Positions 9,024 through 16,467 of a DNA stretch of 24,153 bases are shown here, in pieces. Source of the DNA: Candidatus Aenigmatarchaeota archaeon (GTDB lineage: Archaea; Aenigmatarchaeota; Aenigmatarchaeia; CG10238-14; SCSR01). The stretch lies in assembly GCA_039000165.1 (NCBI GenBank), contig JAWBTW010000011.1, forward strand, positions 1 through 24,153. Direction: 5' to 3'. The position numbers and the translations under genes were made by a program. The notes below the pieces were generated by a model that had not been told where the DNA came from, made no database searches, and saw only the letters and a program-made list of their open reading frames with translations. Each line of letters begins with the position of its first letter. The first letter of the stretch is position 1.

Positions 9024-9064
9024 AATCTAAGGGAAACAGCAAAAAATTTTTATAAAATTTTAAC

Positions 9065-11941
9065 TTACTTTGGTGGTAGTTTTTGAAAAGCTATTTTTAT
9101 TTCTTTATCTTCAAACTTTAAGACATCTTGAAATTCGCCTTTAAGCTTTCCTAAGGAAACCTTGCTTGCTCCCACTTCTTTCTTAAGTTTTTTAGAATAA
9201 CTTTTAATCACTTCCAAAGTTTTTTCATCACTTTCTAAGGTTAGAGCAATTCTTTCCTCAACTTTAAAGCCATGTTTCTTCCTCATCTCCTGTATTTTTC
9301 TTATTAACTCTTTCAGCAAAGCTTCTTCCATAAGCTTTTCATCAAGCTTAGGGTTAACAAAAACTTTTCCAAAATCAAAGCTTGCTTCACAATAACCTTT
9401 TGGTTCTTCCTCTGCTATTTTAACAGTCTTTGAGTTGCAAATAAAAGCTAGAATTTTTTCCAACCTTTTAACCGCAGATAAAACTTTTTCTTCTTTTGAG
9501 AAAACTAAAACTTCAGAAACAGGCCATCTCAACTTAATCCTTGCTTTTTGCCTTGCAGCACTACAAGCCTCAAAGATTTTTTTCGCAACTTCCATTTCTT
9601 CTTCAAGTTTTTTATCTATAAGTTTTTTGTTTGCTTTTGGCCAAAGGCAAAGATGAACAGATTCTTCCCCTCCTTTTAAAGGTTTAACTATTTCTTGATA
9701 AACTTCTTCTGCGAAGAAAGGAACAAAAGGAGCAAGAAGCTTGGCAAGATTTTCTGTTATTGTTAGCAAAGTGAAGAAAGCTGCCTTCTTATCTTTTCCC
9801 CTATACTCAGGCCAGACCCTATCTCTTATCAACTTAATGTACCACCTTGAAAAGTCATTTATTATAAAATCAACTATTTCTTGCGCTGCTTTGAAAGAGT
9901 GATAATTCCAAAAGTTTTTCTCACAACTTTCTATCAGAGAATTAAGTCTTGAGATTATCCATTTATCTTCTTCCTCAAGTTTTCTCACTTTTTCATAATT
10001 TTTCACGTAAGTCTTAACAAAGTTGAAAGCGTTTTTTACTATTATAAAAGATTTTGCTACTTCCTCAACATCTTGCCATTTGAAATAATAATCTTCCCAA
10101 GGTGGAGAAAGCAAGTAATATAGCCTTAAAACATCCCTTCCGTACTTTTCTATAACTTCTTCAGTTGTTACTATGTTTCCTATACTTTTAGACATTTTTT
10201 GGCCATGAGCATCTAAAACAAAACCATGGAACAAAACACTCTTGAAAGAAGCTTTGCCAAAAGTCATTAAGCTTGTTATCATCAAAGAATTCCACCAGCC
10301 TCTAATCTGATCAGGCCCTTCAAGGATAAAATCAGCTGGAAACATTTTCTCAAAAGGTTCTTTTTTCTCTGGATAACCTAAGGAAGCCCAAGGAGCTACC
10401 CCAGAATCGAACCAAACATCCAGCACGTCAGAAACTCTTCTCATCTTTTTCCCACATTTTTCACAATCCAAAAGAATTTCATCTATATAAGGCTTGTGCA
10501 AATCCTCTGGAACATAAGGCAATTCTTTCCTTGAGCCTACAACCCTAATGTTTCCACAATTCTCGCAAACCCATATTGGTAGAGGAATTCCCCAGTATCT
10601 TTGCCTTGAGATTGGCCAATCTCCCAGACTTTCTAACCAATTTCTAAACCTTTGTTTTGCCCATTCAGGAACCCATTTTATTTTCTCATTTTCTTTCAAA
10701 AGCTTTTCTCTTATAGCTGTGACTTTAAAGAACCACTGAGAAGCCAGCATTAAGATTAAAGGAGAGTCGCACCTCCAGCACAAAGGATAATCGTGAGTAA
10801 TTTTTTCTTCATGTAAAAGCAATCCTCTTTCCTTCAGCTCTTCGATTATTTTTTTATCAGCATCTTTAACAAAAATTCCTGCATATTCTCCGCAACTTTC
10901 GTCATAAGTTCCATCCATTTTTACCGGAGAAACTGCAGGTAAACCTGTTTCTAAACCAACTTTATAATCTTCTTGACCATGGCCAGGAGCTGTGTGAACT
11001 AAACCAGTACCTTCTTCTAAAGTAACAAATTGGTCCGAAAGCACTACCCTAAAACCATTTTCTATTTTCTCGATAAAAGGAAACAAACCTTTCAAGGGAG
11101 GTTCGTACCTTAAACCTTCTAAATCTTTTCCTTTCACAACTTCTAAAATTTCAAACTCTTTTATCCCAACTTTATTCAAAACATTTTCAACAAGCTGCTT
11201 AGCAATTATCAAAACCTCTTCTCCAACTTTAACTTTTGCATATTCTGCGTCAGGTTTTACCATAACTCCAGTATTAGAAGGTAAAGTCCAAGGAGTTGTT
11301 GTCCAGATAAGCAAAAACTCCTTCTCCTTATCTTTAACTTTAAATTTAACATAAATTGAAGGGTCGCTTACTTTTGCGTACTCTATTTCATTGTAAGCAA
11401 CTACTGTTTCACACTTTGGACAAACATGAACAGGATAGCTTCCTTTATAAAGTAAACCTTTTTCAAAAGCTTTCTTAAAAGTAAACCATGCCCCTTCCAT
11501 GTAATCGTTAGTCAAAGTTAGGTAAGGGTTTTTCCAGTCCATCCAAACTCCTAAATTTTTGAACTGGTTGCTCATCGTATCTATAAATTGTGTAGCAAAT
11601 TTCCTGCATTCTTTTATGAAATTCTCAACGCCAAACTTTTCTATATCCTTTTTTGATTTAAAACCAAGTTGCTTTTCAACTTTGTTCTCTATTGGCACAC
11701 CATGACAATCGTAGCCTGGCTGGTCCCAAGTATTAAAACCTTGCATCCTGAAAAACCTTAAAAAGCAATCTTTTATAACTTTGTTAAAAGCAGTGCCAAC
11801 ATGAATTGAGCCAGTAGCATAAGGCGGGCCATCCAAGAAAAAGAATTTTTTACCTTCTTTTCTCATTTCTTTAAGCTTTTCATAAATTTTTTTCTCTTCC
11901 CAAAATTTAAGCATTTGCTCCTCTTTTTCTGAATCTTTCAT
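9065..11941 (-). CDS. ileS: Isoleucyl-tRNA synthetase (archaeal/eukaryal type)
   Basis: FLDGPPYATG, HVGT, GYDCHG, WTTTPWTLP, GTGLVHTAPGHG, DWPISRQRYWG, EGPDQIRGW, KMSKS. SD GGTGA upstream. Confidence 0.98.
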   Translation of the reverse strand: MKDSEKEEQMLKFWEEKKIYEKLKEMRKEGKKFFFLDGPPYATGSIHVGTAFNKVIKDCFLRFFRMQGFNTWDQPGYDCHGVPIENKVEKQLGFKSKKDIEKFGVENFIKECRKFATQFIDTMSNQFKNLGVWMDWKNPYLTLTNDYMEGAWFTFKKAFEKGLLYKGSYPVHVCPKCETVVAYNEIEYAKVSDPSIYVKFKVKDKEKEFLLIWTTTPWTLPSNTGVMVKPDAEYAKVKVGEEVLIIAKQLVENVLNKVGIKEFEILEVVKGKDLEGLRYEPPLKGLFPFIEKIENGFRVVLSDQFVTLEEGTGLVHTAPGHGQEDYKVGLETGLPAVSPVKMDGTYDESCGEYAGIFVKDADKKIIEELKERGLLLHEEKITHDYPLCWRCDSPLILMLASQWFFKVTAIREKLLKENEKIKWVPEWAKQRFRNWLESLGDWPISRQRYWGIPLPIWVCENCGNIRVVGSRKELPYVPEDLHKPYIDEILLDCEKCGKKMRRVSDVLDVWFDSGVAPWASLGYPEKKEPFEKMFPADFILEGPDQIRGWWNSLMITSLMTFGKASFKSVLFHGFVLDAHGQKMSKSIGNIVTTEEVIEKYGRDVLRLYYLLSPPWEDYYFKWQDVEEVAKSFIIVKNAFNFVKTYVKNYEKVRKLEEEDKWIISRLNSLIESCEKNFWNYHSFKAAQEIVDFIINDFSRWYIKLIRDRVWPEYRGKDKKAAFFTLLTITENLAKLLAPFVPFFAEEVYQEIVKPLKGGEESVHLCLWPKANKKLIDKKLEEEMEVAKKIFEACSAARQKARIKLRWPVSEVLVFSKEEKVLSAVKRLEKILAFICNSKTVKIAEEEPKGYCEASFDFGKVFVNPKLDEKLMEEALLKELIRKIQEMRKKHGFKVEERIALTLESDEKTLEVIKSYSKKLKKEVGASKVSLGKLKGEFQDVLKFEDKEIKIAFQKLPPK

Positions 11942-12010
11942 AAATTCACCTTAGAAATAGGAATAAATAAAAATTTAGAATCAGATCCGCTTATCACTCA
12001 CTTGCCTCAC
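11938..12010 (-). promoter_or_regulatory. ileS 5' leader with candidate upstream micro-ORFs
   Basis: TATA-like TTTTTATA at 12040-12033 and a second SD (AGGTGAGG). uORFs: 12001-11981 (MSDKRI*) and 11997-11938 (MISGSDSKFLFIPISKVNL*, ATGA overlap with ileS). Confidence 0.45.
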
Positions 12011-12042
12011 CTTAAAAAATTATAAAAGCAAGTATAAAAAAC

Positions 12043-13035
12043 TTACAGCTTCCTTATCTGATTGCAAAAATCTGTAGCAAGCTTTGCTTTATCTTGTGTT
12101 TTTTCTGAAGAAAGAATAAACCAGCACATAAGATAATCTATTTCCTTCCTTTTTTCTTCATCAAGCTTTTTTGAAATTTTTATTTCATACTCTATCTTTG
12201 CCCTTCTTTCGTGAAAATTGTAAGCTGGAGGAGAGTAAGAACTTACTATTTCTTTAACTTTATCGTAAGGAATTTCTTTAACTTTCTCTAGAGTAATCTC
12301 TTCCCTCACTTCTTTGACTTCCTTTTTCTCGATTTTCTTTTTGCATGTTTTTGCTTTAACTTTTTCTCTTTTTTCCTCTGCAATTATAGGAACAGTTTCC
12401 TTAATTTCAGGCTTAGCTTGTAAGGGTTGAGGTTGTGAAGGTATAACTGAAACAACTTTTGGGAAAATTTCTGGATAATATTCCTTAACAAGATTGTTTA
12501 TTTCATCCTCAGAAAGCCTCTTTCCAAAAGAAATGTGATATAGTTTAGCCAAATCCTCTTCCAGCTTATCCAAAGAAGCCTCTCCTTCTTTTCCAACAAA
12601 ATCACTTCCTAAGTAAATAATCAGGGAACCTTCACCTATATGTAAACCTAAAACAGTAGTAGTTTCTCCTTTAACTCCAGTATACCTTTTTTCAAAGATT
12701 GGGAAAAGTTTTCTTCCATAAACTACTTTCTCTATAAAATGTGTTTTTTTACCACGAAAAGAAGGAGGAAAATAAAAAATTAAATTTCCTTTCTCGCAAA
12801 TTATCGGAACCCTGTGAAACTCGTAACCAACTTCTTCGAAAAGATTTTTAAGTAAAGTTTCAAAAGTATGATAGCTTTTTTCTCTTAAGCTATCAAAGTT
12901 TGTTATTCTGACTCTTTCCCACTTTCCCTCTTTTTTATACTTCACATACTTTTTATCGATTATTTTTAACTCTGTTATTTCGCTTGTATCAAAACATGGA
13001 AAAATTTTTTTAACACGCTCGAAAAGGTCTGTCAT
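12043..13035 (-). CDS. Hypothetical protein (two domains joined by a Pro/Gln and Lys/Glu-rich linker)
   Basis: About 330-aa ORF co-oriented with neighbours, with host-like composition. No family recognised. Confidence 0.75.
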   Translation of the reverse strand: MTDLFERVKKIFPCFDTSEITELKIIDKKYVKYKKEGKWERVRITNFDSLREKSYHTFETLLKNLFEEVGYEFHRVPIICEKGNLIFYFPPSFRGKKTHFIEKVVYGRKLFPIFEKRYTGVKGETTTVLGLHIGEGSLIIYLGSDFVGKEGEASLDKLEEDLAKLYHISFGKRLSEDEINNLVKEYYPEIFPKVVSVIPSQPQPLQAKPEIKETVPIIAEEKREKVKAKTCKKKIEKKEVKEVREEITLEKVKEIPYDKVKEIVSSYSPPAYNFHERRAKIEYEIKISKKLDEEKRKEIDYLMCWFILSSEKTQDKAKLATDFCNQIRKL

Positions 13036-13067
13036 CAAATAAAAAATAAACTAAAAATTTTTAAGTT

Positions 13068-14525
13068 TTACTCGTACAACCTTCCTTCCCTTTTAATTCC
13101 TCTTTCAAAATCTTTTCTTGCCGAATCAGCAATTTCTTGAGCTTTTCTTGTAGGGTATTTTCCTGTAACGCAGCCAAAGCATAACTCGCTTTCTTTAAAA
13201 CCTGTAGCCTTTACATAATTTTTAATAGATTGATAAAAAACTCCGTCTACTCCTATAATTTTTGCTATTTCTTCTGGTTCATACCTTGAACCAATAAGTT
13301 CGTCAAAAGTTGCCATGTCTATGCCATAAAAGCAAGGAGAAGTTATTCTTGGAAAAGTAACGAAAACATAAACTTTTTGTGCACCCATATCTCTTAACTT
13401 CTTGACAGTAACTTTTGTTGTATCGCCTCTAACAATACTATCATCTAAAACAGCTACTCTTTTTCCAAAAACTTTTTGTTTCAAAACGTTAATTTTTCTG
13501 AAAATCTTTTCTTGTCTTTCATTCTGCAAAAGAATAAAGGCTCTTTCAGTGACGTAGCGATGCCTTCTTGTTGCTCTTTCCCATCTTATACCACTTTCTT
13601 CCTGAAAACCATAAGCTGCATCGTCAGCAGTTTCTGGCATAGAAATTACTATATCTATCTTATCCAGCAAGTCAGAATATTCTCTTGCTAGGTTTCTTCC
13701 AAACTCTTCCCTTATCTCATAAACATATTTACTTCCGTAAATTGTGTCTGGTCTTGAGAAGTAAGCAAACTCAAAAGAGCAAAATGCTTTTTTGGAAGTT
13801 TTGAGCTTACATCTTTCGAAACCCTTTTTATCAAGAGTTATAAGCTCTCCAGGCTCTAATTCAAACATAAAATCTATCCCGTTAATGTCAAAACCAACGC
13901 TTTCAGAAGAAAAAGCATAAAGGTTTTTGGTTTTTCCGAAGCACAATGGCTTAATCCCATGAGGGTCTTTAAAAGCAAACATTTCTCCCTTTTTGTTCAA
14001 CCCTACAACAGAAAACGCACCGTCTATTTCTTCCATGCAACTTTTAACTGCAGCACAAACATCTTTTTTCTCTTTTAACTCAAGAAAAAGTTTACCTGTA
14101 AGCAGTTCTAAATCACAGTTATAAGAAACCTTTCCTATTTCTTCTTTAATTTCTAAAGCATTCACAATGTTACCGTTAAAAACCGTCGCAAGAGCGAGCT
14201 CTTTATCCTTAACAACTATTGGTTGAGCTCCTCTAATCAAAGATTGTTTGTCAGTTTTCCCAGAAGTTGTATACCTTACATTACCTATTCCCAAATTTCC
14301 TCTTAATTTTTCTTCCCATTTTTTAGCATCTTCTTTGCTAATTTTTGGAACCAAGTCTAAAGCTTTGTAGATATTAAATTTTCCGTCGTAAGTTAAAATT
14401 CCATGGGATTGATGACCTCTGTGATTTAAAGCCCTCAAACCCCAGTAAACATAAGGAAAGGCTTGCTCGTCAAAACAATAAGCAGCAAAAACACCGCAAG
14501 CCTCTTTTACTTCCATTTTCTTCAC
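13068..14525 (-). CDS. purF: Amidophosphoribosyltransferase
   Basis: Short propeptide then CGVF (Ntn Cys), HRG, VRYTTSG, NGNIVN, CSFEFAYFSRPD, PRPP motif LDDSIVRGDT, Fe-S Cys in SPCFYGID and CFGC. Confidence 0.95.
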   Translation of the reverse strand: MKKMEVKEACGVFAAYCFDEQAFPYVYWGLRALNHRGHQSHGILTYDGKFNIYKALDLVPKISKEDAKKWEEKLRGNLGIGNVRYTTSGKTDKQSLIRGAQPIVVKDKELALATVFNGNIVNALEIKEEIGKVSYNCDLELLTGKLFLELKEKKDVCAAVKSCMEEIDGAFSVVGLNKKGEMFAFKDPHGIKPLCFGKTKNLYAFSSESVGFDINGIDFMFELEPGELITLDKKGFERCKLKTSKKAFCSFEFAYFSRPDTIYGSKYVYEIREEFGRNLAREYSDLLDKIDIVISMPETADDAAYGFQEESGIRWERATRRHRYVTERAFILLQNERQEKIFRKINVLKQKVFGKRVAVLDDSIVRGDTTKVTVKKLRDMGAQKVYVFVTFPRITSPCFYGIDMATFDELIGSRYEPEEIAKIIGVDGVFYQSIKNYVKATGFKESELCFGCVTGKYPTRKAQEIADSARKDFERGIKREGRLYE

Positions 14526-15775
14526 TCGTATTCTATTGTAGCAGGTGGCTTGCTTGAAACGTCAAAGTAAACTGCAGCAACATTACATTCATCAACTATT
14601 TTCTTTCCTATCTTTTCCAAAACATCGAAAGGAACCTCAAAAATTTCAGCATAGATAGCATCTTTGCTTCTGACAGCTCTCAAAGAAACAACATAAGGCG
14701 AGGTTTCATTTCCTTCAGCTATTTTATAAAGGGTTCTGGAATAACCTGTAACATAAGGAGTCACTTTTCCTCCCCAGCACTTAAGTTCTTCCATGTTTGG
14801 GATTTTTTCTTCCACACAAAGCGGAAAACTATAAACTCTTTTTTCATTAACTATTCCTGTAGCTTTAGAGCAGAGAACCCTTGCCCTTACTTTCCTCCAT
14901 GCTAATTTAATTCTTTCAGAAATTTCTTTAGGGACTTTTTCAAACTTGTTGTCAAAAGTTGCGGCAAAATATTGAAACGGAATTTGTTCCTCTGTTTCTG
15001 GATCGATAAACATAGTTGTACCGTAAAGTTCTTTTGTGTATTTCTCTATTCCTTGCTCAGCTATATCGTTTGCGTTTTTTTCTACTTCTAGCTTTTCTAT
15101 GTTTATCTTACCCACAGTTCTAACAGCTAAGCCAGGACCAGGAAAAGGCTGCCTTTTATCGACGCCTTTCAAAAACTTATAACCATAATCTTCGAATAAA
15201 GCTTTTGCAAGTTTTCTAACGTCATTTTTATACAAGCTTGCTAAGGGCTCGACAACTTTTTTAACTTTTTTAAATGGAACATCAACATTATGCTGAGTTT
15301 TGATTACAGGTGTTTCTTTTATGTCAGGAAAAATTGTACCATGCGTCATAGCATTACAATCAAGAGAAGAAACAAGGTTATCTGTAGTCAACGCATAAGC
15401 TTCTTGGAACCCTTTCCTTTTCTCTTCTGCATCCTCCTTACCAAAAACTTTTTCATAAAAAACTTCTCTTGCACTTATTAAAGAAAAGTTTTCTAAAGAA
15501 GAAAACCTTTCCTTTACTATTTCCGGCTCTTCTCTTCCTCTTATTCTTCTCATAAAGCCTGTATCTATATGAACAGGATATAGCCTTTCACCGATTGCCA
15601 AATCAAAAAGAGCAGTGTTAACTGAAGAGTCAACACCACCAGAAACCAAAGTTAGAACTTTATCTTTAGGCTCTATCTTTTCTTTTATAAATTTCGTTGC
15701 TTCCTCGATAAACTTTCTTGGATTTTTTCTTATTTCATCTTCGGGAAAAAACCTATGGCATACAGCTAAACTCAT
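14522..15775 (-). CDS. guaA: GMP synthase, ATP-pyrophosphatase (B) subunit with extended C-terminal region
   Basis: PP-loop VSGGVDS, GTIFPDIKE, IKTQHNV, RQPFPGPGLAVR, QYFAA, KPPATIEYE; no glutaminase domain. ATG 15775 preferred over TTG 15823. Confidence 0.9.
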   Translation of the reverse strand: MSLAVCHRFFPEDEIRKNPRKFIEEATKFIKEKIEPKDKVLTLVSGGVDSSVNTALFDLAIGERLYPVHIDTGFMRRIRGREEPEIVKERFSSLENFSLISAREVFYEKVFGKEDAEEKRKGFQEAYALTTDNLVSSLDCNAMTHGTIFPDIKETPVIKTQHNVDVPFKKVKKVVEPLASLYKNDVRKLAKALFEDYGYKFLKGVDKRQPFPGPGLAVRTVGKINIEKLEVEKNANDIAEQGIEKYTKELYGTTMFIDPETEEQIPFQYFAATFDNKFEKVPKEISERIKLAWRKVRARVLCSKATGIVNEKRVYSFPLCVEEKIPNMEELKCWGGKVTPYVTGYSRTLYKIAEGNETSPYVVSLRAVRSKDAIYAEIFEVPFDVLEKIGKKIVDECNVAAVYFDVSSKPPATIEYE

Positions 15776-15827
15776 GAGTAAAATAAAATCGTTAAAAAAT
15801 AAATATTTTCGGTCCCACCTCAAACTA

Positions 15828-15909
15828 TTTAAAAGCTTTGTTCTAATTTAATTTTTAGTGAGCAAGATGGGAGGTAAGCGCCTTCACGAAAAGTGATTTA
15901 GTTCACTTT
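15828..15909 (+). promoter_or_regulatory. Promoter and leader of the AbrB/tRNA-His unit, with a micro-ORF and hairpin
   Basis: TTTAAAA at 15828-15834. uORF 15867-15896 MGGKRLHEK* (in-frame GTG at 15858). Hairpin AAAGTGA/TCACTTT (15890-15909) covers the SD-like GTGAT and the TTG start. Confidence 0.45.
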
Positions 15910-16168
15910 GCTTAGTTCTGTTTCTAAAGTTGACTCGAAGGGAAGAGTTTCTATTCCCATTAAGTTAAGGGTAAAGTTAAAGATACTTGAAGGCTGTAGA
16001 GTGAAAATTCTAGCCAGAAAAGATAGACTGATTCTTATTCCTGAAAGATGGCCAGAATGGTGTAAGGGTAGCACAGGAGTCTGTGGAACTCCTGGAGCGG
16101 GTTCGAATCCCGCTTCTGGCCCAAAGGAGGTAATGCTATGGTATCGGAAGGGTCTATCGAAAAAATGA
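15908..16168 (+). CDS. AbrB/MazE/SpoVT (MraZ-like) DNA-binding protein whose ORF continues through tRNA-His
   Basis: SKVDSKGRVSIPIKLRVKLKILEGCRVKILARKDRLILIP is a full swapped-hairpin domain. TTG start with upstream GTGAT. No stop before the tRNA. Confidence 0.8.
   Translation: MLSSVSKVDSKGRVSIPIKLRVKLKILEGCRVKILARKDRLILIPERWPEWCKGSTGVCGTPGAGSNPASGPKEVMLWYRKGLSKK
16050..16121 (+). tRNA. tRNA-His(GUG) with encoded G-1
   Basis: Acceptor GCCAGAA/TTCTGGC, D stem GTGT/GCAC, anticodon arm GGAGT-CTGTGGA-ACTCC, T arm GCGGG-TTCGAAT-CCCGC, G-1 (16050):C73 (16121). CCA not fully encoded. Confidence 0.97.
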
Positions 16169-16422
16169 AAATGTTAGAAACGAAAATTTATAGCAATTTT
16201 TCAGAGTTTGTGAAAGATTTGAATTGCGCAAAGGTTTTCATAGAAAAAATTTTACCCGTAAAAGAGTTTAATCAGCGTACATTTCCTCCTGATAGTAAAT
16301 ATAGCAGAATAGAAGTAGAAGGCAAAAAATACCTAGTAAAACTCTCTTACTGCTTAACTAAAACAGTCTACATTCCATACCCTGTTTATAAGGATAGGGA
16401 ACCAGAACCTCCTCGACACTAA
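16138..16422 (+). CDS. Hypothetical protein
   Basis: 94-aa ORF with strong SD AGGAGG (16125-16130). Alternative in-frame ATG at 16165 overlaps the AbrB stop (ATGA). Confidence 0.6.
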   Translation: MVSEGSIEKMKMLETKIYSNFSEFVKDLNCAKVFIEKILPVKEFNQRTFPPDSKYSRIEVEGKKYLVKLSYCLTKTVYIPYPVYKDREPEPPRH

Positions 16423-16467
16423 AGCATAAACTAAAAATTATAAAACAAATATAATTAGAGGATTTTT

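Noticed and set aside
11981..11997. C/D-box sRNA or K-turn (GTGATAA...CTGA) in the ileS leader
   Set aside because: Box C is imperfect at the base that must pair with box D, and there is no second box pair or guide-length spacer.
11942..12042. Classical T-box riboswitch upstream of ileS
   Set aside because: No GGTGGNACC T-box sequence and no room for stem I plus an antiterminator.
15776..15823. N-terminal extension of the GMP synthase ORF from TTG 15823
   Set aside because: Low-complexity AT-rich segment that leaves little room for divergent promoters. ATG 15775 fits the family start.
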